NCBI RefSeq assembly: GCF_009914755.1
Contig: NC_060936.1
Length of the DNA: 64,000 bases
Direction: 5' to 3' (one strand)
From: the human T2T-CHM13v2.0 reference genome, Homo sapiens
In this document: positions 40,300 through 54,149 of the stretch, one piece after another
How positions within the stretch are numbered: the stretch's first letter is position 1
Layout of the letters: each line of letters starts with the position of its first letter
Translations under genes and position numbers: made by a program
The notes under the pieces: generated by a model
Database searches by the model: none
The model's input: the letters and a program-made list of their open reading frames with translations, nothing else
Told to the model about the DNA's origin: nothing

Positions 40300-43200
40300 G
40301 TTTCCTGGTTATTTGCCTTTTTGGCTCTGATTGGCCAGGTTCCAGTACATTGAGGTTTTCACTGCACTTGGAAGCTGTGTTTTGAAGACCTCGAATCCTC
40401 TGTGAAAATGAAAACTTCTTTTTCCCTTTTCTCCCCAAACTTTGGTGGCCAAATACCATCACCCCACACCCCCCGATTTTGAGGACTCTTCCCACTTTAG
40501 ATGCTTTGTAGCAGTGTTTCTATAATCATCCATTGTCCCAGAACTTAAAGTCTTTTGGCCTCTGAACTAATTCCCATCCTTGCCTCTCACACTGAGAAGT
40601 GGTCAAGAAAAAATTTTGGTTCATGCATCCCCAGTTTTAGTTCAGATAATTTGACTCTACCTTCATAATATATGTCACTTTTGCTTTCAACCATTATCCT
40701 CATCATTCAACATCATATTCTTCTGTCAATTGCCTTCCCATTTCTAACAATGTCATGTCTAACAATGCCCTGCACATGCACACAACTGCACAAACACACA
40801 ACCACACATGATCATCTCCCTTTTCTCCCACTACCACCGGCATTCCTATTGTGATGATTTATATTCAGCAGAAATTTTTGGGAAAAGGTTTGAGGAAAAC
40901 TTTTTTAATGTCTTCCATTACCACGGGGCATGTGAAGGTGTTGTAATTATACCACTAACCAAAGAATTCATTTCTTTCCTGAATCCCTGAAAGAATCTGA
41001 ATAATCTGAGGACGTAATAGTTTTTTTCCCGCCCAGTGTGGCAGGGCAAAATACACCCATACCAAGATAAATGGTTCCTTTCTAGCTTTAGCAAAAGGTT
41101 CTTAAGAGCCGGCCAGCCCAGCAACCACCAAATACAGCTCCTTGACTTGATTACCTTCTTCCTTCTCTATATTTCTTGACAGTATCTTCAACTATCCAAA
41201 AGCAGGCCCAAAGTGCCTGTCCCTACCCTAGTCTGAACGTCCAAGAACAGCACAGCAACCAAATCAGGTCCAAAACTAGTAAGCAGAGGCTGGAGTGCCA
41301 TCTGCTGACTATTTTTATAAGACATCTTCCTGCTTAGCCCACACCACTAAATGCCCACACCACCCCATTTCAAGGCTGCCAAAAGAATCTAATGGTATAG
41401 CTTCAGGCATAGGAATGCATGAATTTTTTACTATATTAATATCTCATTATTCCATTATTGGGAATAGGCATTTAGAAACAAAGCCTTCTTTTCACTTTTT
41501 TTTTTTATTTAAAGGCAAAATGAAAAATCTGGGAAAGACTGACTCTTTTATAATTGCTTTTATTATTGATGTTTTTGTTATTACTATTACAGTGTTATGT
41601 TAATAGATAATAATAATAGCAACTCTTTGAAACTCCAATTTTGCACACTTTTAATCTGGATCTCCAAATCAGCATATCACAGTTTGCAAAAAGATTTATG
41701 ATCCTCTGAGAGCTTACGAGACCATAACAGAACAAAGGCAAAAAATAAAATAAAATAAAATAGAAGAAACTGAAATGAATGAGTGCGCTGCCAAAGGAGC
41801 AAGAATTCAGCTCATTCAGGTATATTTCAAGATCAGGTTGATAGGCGTTTCCCATGAAAATAAGCATTTCTACTTAAGATCAAATGGACTCATTTCTTTT
41901 TTCCAGGCTATTACATTTTTTGTTGTCCTTTAAAACCAGAGGAAACACTGGGAGTTCTCCTTTTTAAATAACTGTGCCATCTCTTAGAGAGAAAATGGAA
42001 AATCCCATAGTTAGATGTCCTTCTTTAGGGTTTATTTTGCCTCTATTACTTCAGGTTTCAAATTAGACAGTAAATTTGCCAAAATCAATAGAGAGAAGAA
42101 AGATGTCTTTCTTTAGAAGAACGGATGACATGTTTTTATTTGTAATATTCTCAGGAAGTATGTCGATAACATGCAAAAATCAAATACTCTCTTTCCAACT
42201 GCACCATGTAGGAGTTTTCCTAGATGGCCATCTACGTAAATTTTGACAAATATATGAAAAGTAATACACATTGCATATATACACGTGCATGTTTTGATCT
42301 GTTATCCTCAAAAGCACCCACCCTGAAGAAGACACATTCACTAGTCGGATGTGTATAAGCTTTCTACACTGAACAAGTCTTTGGGATTCTAATAGTTTCT
42401 TTTGTTTGTACTTTGCTCAGACTTTCAGAGGCATCTACAAATTCCAGATCTTTCTTCAAGGGGAGGACTTGGTTAATATTTCCTAGTATTTTCAGCCCCT
42501 TCGTTGATTTCCTTCCTTTCTAGTATTTTTAGTTCCTGAGATAAAACCTCATTTATAATAAAGTCAAAATCCCTGGAAAACATTTCGTCAATGAAACATC
42601 CAGCTTTGCTATTCATTATTTCATTGAATGAATGTTTTTTCCTTGAAACCTGATGGCCCAACTCTGATTATTTAAAGGCAGACACAAAACTAGAATTGTG
42701 TCTAGTTTTTTAATATTTAATACGTAAAACTCTTCTTTAAAATATTTGTACTTTGCCATAAAATGGCCTATTCAAAGGCACAAATTTGCTAGGACCAAAT
42801 CATTCAATTTAGGAATAATCGTATGTCAGCACCAGACCCAATGTTGGCAGATCCTATTTAATTTATCTCTCAGCCTCTTTTTTTTTTTTTTTTTTATCAT
42901 TGCAGGTTATTCATGATCCCTAGTCTAAAATGTTGAAATTTCAAAGCATGACTGAAAACATTTTAAATGAAGACTAGTCAAATAAGAAGCACTATTTCTT
43001 TATAGGGTCCTTTCATTATTTCCCCCAGAAATTTGGGGAGGTTTCTGCAATCACCATACATTCGAAATACCAGCTGCTAATTTCCACATAATTTTCTGCC
43101 CTGTTTAAAAAGGATTTTTTTGTTGTATGGATTTAGTGGGGTTAGGATTGAGATAGCGTGTGTGTTTGCACGCTCGCATGCAGAAAGATAGAGAAAAAGA

Positions 43201-46200
43201 GAGCGCACATAAGTAGTTTTGCTTTGAAGTCCCTACATAATTACTGTTAAGATCTATCAAAATGTACCGAGACAGCTCTCCTTGCTGAAATCTGATGAAC
43301 AAAAAGGCAAGCAACGTCCAGGAAGACTGTAAAAGAATGGATCAAATTAAGAGCAAGAACAAATGCAACCAAGGTAGACTGAAAGATGTTGTGGTTTCTG
43401 TCGTTGTTTATGTGTAGGGAGGAATTAGAAATGAGAAGGAAAGACAGATGGGGGAAGAAAGCAAGGGAGAGAGAAGTTGAAGGAAGGCAAAATGGAAAAG
43501 AAAGAGGAAAACATTTATGGGGGGATGATAAAGAGAAAAGGAAGGAAAGAAGGGAGGGAAGGAGAGAAGGAAGGGAAGAAGAAAGAAAGAGAAACATTTA
43601 CAGAGTTGTGGGCAGGAGAGCTGTTTTATCTTTGTGTGTTTTCTAATTCAAAGCTGTATGTCCTTGGTGCCGAAATTAAACATTACATATGGAACACAGA
43701 AAGAAAAGGGGAGAAAGAGTGGGTTTCCCTTTTTCATTTCCTTTGTTGGAATACTGGTTTGGAACATCTAAAGAGAAAATGGTTGCAATGTTGCAGAATT
43801 TTTCTTCTTTCAGTAATGATCAAACTAGCAGCTGCTTTCAGCAAAAGTTCTTAATGTCACAGTGCTCCCTGGAGTATTGCCTAGAAGGGACCCTAACGTC
43901 AACCTTTTAACTTCCCTTCCTCACTCTACTTGTTTTTCTTACAATGGGGGGAGGAAGGGATAGGAAAAATTTTAAACAGTCTCAGAAGCTTTTGAAGAGC
44001 TGCCACTGGCCAGGGGAAAGGAGGATTTCGAGAAATAACTTCCGATTTATTTCAGATAGTTAGGAGAAGGGGGAAAAGGGAATAAGACCTTTCTCTTCAT
44101 TTTTGTCTCCCCCCCGCCCTTACCCCCTTAATCCTATTTTAGTTGAGGTCTGACCTTGGAAATTTCCAAAGGACTTTAATCTCCTGTACTTCAAATTGCT
44201 AAAGGGAGCTGAAAGAAAGAGTGCTGCATGTGGGTAAAGGTGGTTTAAAATGGTTTATTTATGAATGGTTTAGGCTTTCCTGATAGTAAGAATGTTAACT
44301 AGTTCGTTAGGCACTCTCTGTAAATATAAACCTTTTTCAAAAAATTTATTTCCTCCTTTTTTTTTCCTTCAGACAAAATGCATTCAATCATTAAACCTCA
44401 GCGGAGAAAAATGATCTTAAGCCTCCTGCCCCTGGGCAGATCTGACACACTCAAACGTTAATATTCTCAGATAGCTTGGAAATGCCATTTGGTGCTTTCT
44501 ATAACTACACTGCTCTTCCCCAATCCCCCGCTGCCCTCTGCAACTTCTACCAGAGAAAACAAATTACCTTCATCTTGAAAGGGGGGGAGGTAGGTAGAAA
44601 ACAAGAGAATGAATTGTTTTTATAAATATTTTAGAGATATGAAAGAAATCCAGGCACTGAATACGTTATGCAGATCTCAAATTAGGGGAGGTACGAACTG
44701 ATTGAAATCATTAAGTATTTCATTTTTCAGATGAAAGGCTCTCGTTTTGCATTGCCATGTAGAGTTCTGATGTAATTCAAAGTGTCATTTTGGAGGGGTT
44801 TTGGTGATTAAGACTTTTTCATTTCTCTCATTAAAGGGCCGATTTTCCTGATGTGGGTTGTAACTTCGTTCCAATCTGAAATTTCACCCACCCCTTCTCC
44901 CCGCCCAAAAAAAGGTCTATATTTACGACTGATTTTTGAAAGAATAACACATCCAGTTGTATACATATTTTTTAACTGTTTTTGATTGTATTGAATTACG
45001 AAATGCAGAAACCACTTTGCCGTCATTCTCAAAAGTCCATTTTAAATCACGAGATACGTCAAGGTATAATTACTCATATTTAAAACATTCTGTAATTATA
45101 AGAAGAAAGAATAGAAAAATGGCTTTAATAAAAGGCTATTGGAAGCAATTGACTCTCAGCAAATGTTGGTCTTTTATAAAGTTCATAATTTCCCAGTAAA
45201 TTATTTTTAGTTACTAAACATCTTAAACATGAAGGATCTTAAAAGAATTCCTCATCTGCCACCACACATACATGCACAGAAAAAAATTATAAAGTTTTCT
45301 AAAAGTGCGTTTTTAAAAGACCTCAGAAACGGAAATATTTCTCAGGAAATGTCGAACACAAATGTCTATATAATATCTACATGAAATAATAAATCAAAAT
45401 CAGTTTTTTTCATCTGACAAAACACAATAAACGGGTTTAGAATATTGTTTGAAGCATTTTTTTTAGCTTTCCAAAAGACCAATAATAGATGATGCCCTAT
45501 TGGGAAAGATAACATGTGTTTTCTTGTAGCTTGGTGGGAAAAATATTTTTTGCTCTTTGTAAAGGAAATCAGATATATATTTGGGGGAAAAGAATATAAT
45601 GTTTCACTGTGATACGGTCCAACAAAAACCCAGGAAATTCAAGGTTCAACTGATGCTTGGCTAAAAATTCACACCATTGTGCCCCTTTACTGATGGCAGA
45701 TTTCGAAGCCCAGAATGTATGGGTGAACCTCAAGTTTCCTAACTTCAGCCTCTTATGTCTAAACATCAAATTGTTATTTAACTATTAGCCGGTGTTAGAC
45801 TGCCTGCCATTTTTTTTCTTTTGTTTTCCCTTGGATATTTTATATCTTTGCTGATCTTTCCAGCACATCACCTGAAACGTATATACTGCATTTTAATCCC
45901 AATGGCTGATGCTATCTCTGGATAAGCTGAATTTCTTTTTCAATGGGAAGGGTATTGAACGAGAGAGAAGAATCACAGAATAGCAGGGTGTTTGAGCTGA
46001 GAGAAACTGGGGATACAGAGAAAGTAAGAGAAAACACAGATGGAATGAAAAGCTGGAGAACTGGGATAGAAGGGGACCCAGAATTGTCAATGGATTTCTT
46101 TTGGTCTATGCCTAGAAATACATTAACTGTTAGGGAGTCTTCCCTTCAGGAAAGTCTCAGTTCCAGAATCAAATTATAGGACCCAACACATTGTCAAATA

Positions 46201-47400
46201 TTTAAACCTCTAGTGCCATACCATTTGTAGATTTCGAGATCATTACTTTACTACTAGATTGTTAATTACAATGAAGTAATGGCAGACTGGGCTTGTAGAT
46301 TTTATGGATGCCGCTTCTGTGTGAGTGATTGTTAATACTAAAAGCTTAAACTTTAACTGCATTTTAAGCATCTGGGACTGGAGCGAAAGCGGGAGCTGTG
46401 AGTAAATGCTTTCAGCAGGTATGTAGTTAGTTATTAAAATGGGCTTTGAAGCTCTCTTTTGGTGTATTTCTGCATATTTTAAGGGTCCAGGCCAAAAAGA
46501 AAAAAAACACTTTTTTTTTAATGCACTTAATTTGGATTTCATTGAATTTTCTTCACGCACTGATGTTAGGATATTTTGACAAATGTAATTCCCCAACCCC
46601 TCTGTATGAAAGAAAAGAAACTCTTTTTTGAAGAGATTTAGAAAGGGGAAGAAAAATCCTTTTTAAAAGGCTTAAGGGTAAGGAGGGGTAAAGCGAATAA
46701 GTGGTAGGGGAGGCTTTTATTTTCTAAAGCTCAAATTCCAAAGAAGAAGGACAGTCCACGTAAGAACTGAAACTAATTTACCTGAACCCTTTGTCACTGC
46801 CTGGCTCTTGACTATTAAATGATTCTTTTCAGTAGCCAATAAAACCAAATCAAAAGCATGTTTTGGATGGAGGGGTGGTGCCAGGCAATTCCCCCCAAAT
46901 GAAAAGCCAAACTATGCTGTGTTTGTTTTGGTTTTCCCCTAAGAGGATTTTCAGAGAAGGGGCTGGGGTTTGGGCCACCCTCCTTGGCCCCACTCCTATG
47001 AGGGAATATAGGGGACTGTTTCGTTCTCGTCCACGAAGCTAAACTGCCCATCGGTATTACCCAAAAAGGAAAGAGAAAGTGCCTGCCCTGCAGTCAGGTC
47101 TACAAACCCTGATGTTTTGTCTTTGTTTCCCTCTCAAAGGCTGTTTTAAGATCCCTGCCAATGCAAAGACTTGGGGAACTGTTTGTCACTTTTCAGAAAA
47201 CAGCTCAGACTTTCTGGGCCTTAATATCCCTACCTTTAAACAGCACCGATATTCACTGCCTTCTGTCTTCGAAGATGCTAGAGATGTTGTTTTCAAAGAT
47301 TTGGGAATCCTTAAAAGCAAATAGCTACATAAAAATACAGAGATTAAAAAAAATGGCAGCCCACTTCTTTCCATTCCTGATGCCCAGTTTGGTTTGAATA
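40300..47400. promoter_or_regulatory. Unique block with no recognisable transposons; candidate constrained cis-regulatory region
   Basis: ~7 kb without Alu/L1/L2/MIR/LTR motifs in a window otherwise saturated with them; function is inferred only. Confidence 0.4.
43420..43592. repeat. GA-rich low-complexity tract
   Basis: Directly visible. Confidence 0.8.
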
Positions 47401-48119
47401 CGTAAGAATTCTGTAACAGTGCCTAATAACGATTACTAATAACAAAAGTATCTAACACAGAGTGGGCCTTCAATATTGAATATTTAACCTTAGTAGAGGT
47501 ATTAGCCTTTCAAACTCTTCCCATCTTTAAACTGGAAGGGAATTTTTGCCCTATTTTATCAAGTAGTGGAAGACATGAAGATAAGACAGTTCGATAATTA
47601 CAGTCCCCGGAATTTCCATGCTTGAACAAGGATTTGAGACCTTATTTCAAGTCTCTTTTCCAGACAATGAAATGCACCCAATTGAAAAATGGATGAACTA
47701 AAGCTTTTCTCTGCTCTCCCGTCCAAATTAGATTGGTTACTCAATTTGACTGAGTGCTTAGAAATTAGTCAATAAGGCAACTAATTAATAATTTGACTGG
47801 GGGGAAAAAGTCAATTTCTCAGCCGCACACAGGCACAAGTCTGAGGGCTTCCTGAGGCACCTCGCCACATGCCTCCAGTAATACCTTGCCGCATTGAAAA
47901 TCTGCAGGCTGAGTTAAAAAGGGAATCCTGGGTTCAGTTCACTTTATATTAGGCCTTTACTTCTAGTGGAATAGCATAGTAGAGGAATATGATGTGCAGA
48001 GAAAAAAGCAGTGAGAGATAGTTAATACAAAATAGAATAATATATTGTTTATATTGTATGTAATATATATTTATAAACTACATTGCAAAAAAATAATAAT
48101 ATGGTCTTATAATCATGAT

Positions 48120-48330
48120 GTAGCAAGTATTTATTATGTGCCAGGTATTATGCTAAGTAAGCACTCTGAATACATTATCTTATTTAATCCTGTGATCACA
48201 CAATGAGGTAGGTACTATGATCCCCATTTTACAGGTAAGGAAACTGAGGCCCAGAGAGCTGAACCACTTACCAACCAAGAAAAAACAGCCAGATTTTGAA
48301 ACCAGATTCACAGATCCCAAATCCTGTTTT
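48120..48330 (-). mobile_element. MIR
   Basis: tatgtgccagg...atttaatcct...atgaggtaggtact...ccccattttacaggtaaggaaactgaggcccagagag. Confidence 0.88.
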
Positions 48331-48689
48331 CCAATTCTTCTCTACAAACACGGGGAAAATTAACCAAGGGACTCATTGCCAATTTTCCGCCTGCGCAGAG
48401 GAAAACTGGCATCCTGGACTAACCCTAATTTGGTATGTGGCCAGGGACAAGGCATAGTGAGCCTCAGGTTCCCATGGACAAAACCAGGAAGGTCCTCTAG
48501 CAGTGGCTTCATAAAATAGCCTTATCATTTAATGCATCTGGTTCTACCAAGAAACATGTTTTTTAAGAAAATATCACATTAATTAAGAAAATATCTGGTT
48601 GTATTCAGAAGATGGCAAAACTTGAAAAGACACTAGGATTTTTTTTAATGTAGAGTGAACCTTAAGTGAACATTTAGACAGCCTTCGTG

Positions 48690-48920
48690 ATTTAGTTGTT
48701 AAGAACAAAAACCAGCCTAGGTTTGATTCAAGCTCTATAACTTCCTGGGAAAGTGGGGCTTCACCTCACTGAGCCTCACTTTCCTCATCTGTAAGACTGG
48801 AATAATAGTATTAACACATACATACATACCTCATAGAATTGTTGTGGGGATTAAGTGAGAAGATGCTTATATTGCGAACAGCAAAGTGCCTAGCACACAG
48901 CAAATGCTTAGTAAGTGGTA
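48690..48920 (+). mobile_element. MIR
   Basis: ctgagcctcactttcctcatctgtaa...acctcatagaattgttgtggggattaa...gtgcctagcacacag. Confidence 0.88.
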
Positions 48921-48928
48921 CCTAGAAT

Positions 48929-49102
48929 ATGGATGATGGTAATGGAGTTGATGATGAGGATGATGGTGATGTTGATGGTGATGATGGCATGATAATGTTG
49001 GTGAAAATGGTGATGATGGGAATGATGACGATTATATATGATGATTGGGGTGATAATGGTGATAGTGGTGTTCTTAGCAAAAGGGTTGATGGTAATGGTG
49101 TT
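48929..49102. repeat. (GAT/GGT)n degenerate trinucleotide tract
   Basis: Directly visible. Confidence 0.9.
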
Positions 49103-50204
49103 AATTTACTCAGTTTACAGATGAGACAATTGAAGCCCCAAAGTCATATGCTAATAACCAGCTGAGTGGAGACTAGAAATCTATTTCCTGGTGCTGGCCC
49201 ATTGCCTTTTCCATTGCCCCATGCTAAAAATAAGTGGAGTAGGATTTAGCTGAAGGAAGCTGGGAACTGCAGGTCAGAGCTGAGAACCAGCAGCTTCAGC
49301 CTTTTCTCCTCCATCCCCAGCTCATTTTACAATGCCAGAGAAATCACTTTGTCCTCACCAGACCTCATACCCTGCCTTTTATGGACGATGCCACCATCTG
49401 ATGTTTAACTGAGAGGTAAGGGGAGAAGGTGAGTTGAGGAAAGCTACTTTTTAACCAATAAGTAGCTCCCAGTGATTTGAATGCAGCTGATCTCACACTG
49501 CATTTTGAGAAATTCTCCCTGGGGGAATTGATTTACTTTCTGGTTTCAGCCCAAGAGATAAAAATAATCCATTGAATTTGTCAATTTCATTTTCCAGATG
49601 GGGCTAAGTGGTCCCTCAAGGGGCTTGTGATGAACCATGTGAGAAACCAGAGTTGAAGGAAAAGAACAGAATGAGAAAGAGGAAAAAAAAAACATAGATG
49701 CTACATGCCAAGCAGTAGCAGCAGAATTGACATTTTAGGTCAGCACAGATTCCCAAAGAGCACTGAATTTTCCTAATAATGAGAGAAATTGGTTTTAGGA
49801 TTCAAAGGAACCACACCATCAGGGGACAGTTGCCCCAGGAGTCCAAGGCTAACAAATAGGAAGAACAGGCAATACATTTTCCCTGAGTTATCCATGGCAG
49901 ACATTGCTAACAGATAGTGGCATTCTCCACCAAGCCCAAAGCAGCCTCCCAGTGTCTCTGAATCCTAGAGCTCCAAGCAGCCATGAGCAATCAATCAGAG
50001 TAGACACAGAGATGAAAACTATTTTCTACTTGGCATGTGAGTGCAAGACCAGTAAGCGATTCATAAGGTCTTGAACCAAACAAACAAACAAACAAACAAA
50101 ACAATAATAGACTAGATCGGGGAGGGGTTATCATGTCAGGTAAAAAAACACATAGGAGCTCCAAGGATTTAGGCTTCCTAGGCTGGTCACATCCCAAATA
50201 TCGT

Positions 50205-50830
50205 AGGTGATAACTCATTCATTTATTACTTACTTATCCATTCACTTGCTCGTTCATTCATTCACTCATTCACTCTCTCACTCATTCACTTTCTCATTCC
50301 CTTGGTCATCATTTTTAAATTCGACAAATATTTACAAATCGACAAATCCTGGATGCTGGAAGTGTAAAAATGAATTAGACAGACCCAACTTCTATCTACG
50401 TGGAGCTTATAGCCTAAGAATATTTTTTCTTAAAAAAAAAAACTAAATTTAACAATTACACAAATAATTGTTTTCAGTTGTGATCATTGCAAGGAAAAGT
50501 AGAAGTACTAGATACTTTGAGAGCATAGATCAGGGATTTGGCTTAGTTCAGCAGGGAAAGATGGAGGTAGAAATCAGGGCAAACTTCCCAGAGAAAGGAA
50601 CATTTGAGCTGAACACTGAAGGATGAGGAGTTCACGAGGCAAAGAGGGGAAGAGGGTTTTCCAGGTGGAAGGAAAGACTTCTGCAAAGGCCTGGAGGTGG
50701 TAGAAGGACAGCACATTGCTGAAAGTAAGAGAAGGTCAGAGGGATGGGAGCCCAGAGAGTGAGGAGAGGAATAATGTGAGATGATGCTACAGAGGTGGGC
50801 AGGTAGCAGTGTCCCCTTTCAAATACGAGC
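50205..50830 (-). mobile_element. L2 3' end and upstream region
   Basis: (CATT)n tail, tggagcttatagcct, acatttgagctgaacactgaaggatgag, tgcaaaggcctggagg. Confidence 0.85.
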
Positions 50831-50849
50831 CAAAGAGTGACCCGCATCT

Positions 50850-51115
50850 GCTAAAAATACTTCAGTGACTGTCCCTTGCCCTCAAAAGAAACTCCAAACG
50901 TCTTACCATGCTCTGGTCCTACTCACCTCTCCAGCCTTACCCAACGCCAGCCTTTCTCACGGAAGACACAACCTAGACTAAACGTCCAGGTTCTTGAAGA
51001 GAAAACACTCAAATGTAAGCCCTGTAAGAGCAGAAATGAAGTCTGCTGCATTTCCTGCTGCATCCTTAGTGCCCAGGGTCCTTGGTACAATGCCAGGCAT
51101 AGAAGATGAACTTGA
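50850..51115 (+). mobile_element. L2 fragments
   Basis: cttcagtgactgtccc, aatgtaagccctgtaagagcag, caatgccaggcatag. Confidence 0.55.
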
Positions 51116-51201
51116 GAAATACTGTAAATGTAAAGATGAGTGATTTTTTGACCCCACCCTTGGCACAGTGCCTAGAACATGGCATTGTATGTTTAAATAC
51201 T

Positions 51202-51340
51202 AAAAGAGAAGAGGAACAAAGAAGGGAGGGATGGAAAGAAGGAATAAAGGCAACAAAGAAAGGAAGGGAAGGGAAGAAAGAAGGGAAGGGAGGGAGGAAG
51301 GGAAGGGAGGGAGGGGAGGGGAGGGGAGGGGAAAGAAAAC
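51202..51340. repeat. (GGAA)n/(GGGGA)n polypurine tract
   Basis: Directly visible. Confidence 0.9.
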
Positions 51341-51864
51341 TACACATATAGGTGTTGGGGAGAGGAATACGCCAAAAACCAAGGTTTTTGAAGCTCTAAT
51401 TCCCACATAAAAAGACCCAGTCATCCTAAAGTTTTCAAGAACAAAGTATTTAAAAAAAAAAAAAAAGAGATTTGTATTCACCAGCCTGGAAACACAGGGG
51501 CCAGTAGCAAGGAGAAGGCGGCCTGACTGTCTGTGAGATGGGTGGGGCCCATTTGGACGCTTCAAGCCAAAAAGCATTTTTGTGGCCTCATAATTTCTGA
51601 ATGCTCTTAGCGAGGCTAACTGGCTCCAGGCTCAGTCTCCTGCAAAAACTCATCTTTGCAATTCCTCAGTTCAACCTCATGCAAACGGGTCAAGCTATCT
51701 GTTGGGCCTCAGTTTCTCCATCTGTAAAATGAAGTAATTAGATTAGATCATCTCTAATCTAACCTTAACACTGAGTCAAGCCTCTCTTAGGTACTCTTCT
51801 CAGAGTGTCACATCAGCCCTAAAAATAATAATTATGATGATATAATAATAGTAATTATTATTAT

Positions 51865-52075
51865 ACTAGCTACCACTTTTTGAAACACTTTTTATTTCAT
51901 CTTCACAACTATCATATTAGGACACCTATGATCTCTATTTTACACATGAGGAAATTGAAGTTCAGAGAGGTTATGTACCTTGCTCAAAGCAGTGCAGCCA
52001 GTAAGGAGAAAAGTTGGAATTTGATCTCAGACATGTCTGAGCCCAAACCCATGCTCCTCAAACCTCTATCCACAG
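51865..52075 (-). mobile_element. MIR
   Basis: catcttcacaac...attttacacatgaggaaattgaagttcagagaggtta. Confidence 0.8.
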
Positions 52076-52244
52076 CTCTAGCAGGTCCTGACAGAGCCAG
52101 TGTTTACAGAGCACAAACACAAGCACAGATCCCCTAGTTCTTGCAGAAGGCAGGGAGAAAACAGGAAGGGAAATGTTTGCAGTGATAACATCGTTAGTGT
52201 TGTCTGCCCAGCCTCCCTTCTACCGTTTTTGTTTGTTTTTTTTT

Positions 52245-52790
52245 TTTTTTCTGGTAAAAGGGCCCCTCCCACATAAAACAGGGTTTTGGAGAATGTAGTT
52301 CCCCAGCTCCATGTGATTCTAATGGAACCACCAATCACAGAACCCCACAGTGGCAACAATCACGTGTGACATGGGTCCCATGACCAAAGCCTGCACAATC
52401 ATGGTATAGTAAGCCATCTCCTGGCTGCAGTGATTGGTTCAAGTAGTGGACATGTGACCCAAGACAGGCCAATGAGAGCCCTTCCATGGTCTGAAGTGGC
52501 TAGGAAGGGGGTCCTCTTTCCTCTAAGGATGGTAAGCTGAGATGATAGAAACTTAGAGTTTCCTGTGACCTTGTCCCACTGCCATGTGACCCACTGTGCC
52601 ATGGAAAAGAAGTACCCGTTGGAGGGGAGAATATGATCAACAGAGAAGCTGCGATTAGAGATGGAAAAAACGAGCCCTCATCTCATGGGTGGGCTGCTGA
52701 AACCAGTTCTATACCTGTCATTTCCAGGTATTAAGCCAATAAGGGTTTGAACTTGGATTCTATCATTTGCAATCAACAGAGCTCCAACAG
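52245..52790 (+). mobile_element. MaLR LTR (MLT1J/K/L-like)
   Basis: gtgattggttcaagtagtggacatgtgacccaagacaggccaatgagag; 3' ttggattctatcatttgcaatcaa. Confidence 0.65.
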
Positions 52791-53223
52791 ACTTTTGACC
52801 AGCATTCCACAATTGCTGCCATATCCCATCACACACACACATACTATCTACTACTTAGAAATTTTAAACAGATCTGAAAAGGGGTATTAAGGAGAAAACA
52901 GGTGAGGGAGAAGCACTGAGAGAAAATAGGCCCAAAATTGCCACTTGCTTCCCATCTTGTCCCAGTTGGGTCTCTGACTCATATGGTGGCTCACGCATCA
53001 ATAACATATGAGCTTGAATGTCTCCAGAAATAAATGGCTATGCTTTACCAAACAGTTACTACTTTTTTCTACTTTAGCTCATTTAAAACCCCAAATAATC
53101 TCAAAACAGAATAGATATGTCCATTTTTCAGGGAGAGAAAATTGTGGCATACAGGAATTAAGTTGCCACACAACTAGTATGTGGCAGAGTCTGGAGTTTT
53201 GAACCCAGATCTGTGTCACCTAA

Positions 53224-53538
<315 letters not shown>

Positions 53539-54149
53539 AGTTCTCTTCCTTTATTAAAACTACATCAGATGGTCTCCATCAATGACACGTAAGTTTGGAT
53601 GCCAGTACTTTGATATGTCAAGGGGGTTGCCTGAGCCCAGAAGGTCTGGAATTGACCCTAAGACATCCTGATACACGATGTTTCTTTTCAGGCTTGTAGG
53701 TAAAGCTTGATCCTAAAAGAAAACATCCCCAGGACAGTGGCTGCCGATGTTCAGCAAGCTGCCTTCATTTCCAGGAACCAGTGCCTCTGTGCATAGAGGG
53801 CAGGCAGTTAGCAACATTCAGCCACTTGCTATTACAAAGGCGAAGATATGAAAATGAGGGTGTCTGATGGATGTGGTATAAAGCAGGACAGAGGCCTTTG
53901 AAAGCAGAGAGAATGAGGAAAATGACAGATAATATTCTTGTCACTTGCACTGCTTTGAATCCGCAATCTAAAAGCGCTTTTCAACATACTCTCAGCGTTA
54001 CTTTTCATCCTGGGGGAGAAAGACAGAGTTTCTGATGACCCTGACTTCCAGATTGGTTCTAGGTTGGTTTCTTGGTCAAGAAAAACAATAAAGCAGAAAT
54101 TAGGAGTCAGTTGACTGTTCTGTTGTTCTCATAGCAATCTGTGCTTAAG

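Noticed and set aside
48929-49165. Asp/Gly/Met-rich ORF
   Set aside because: Translation of a (GAT/GGT)n tract
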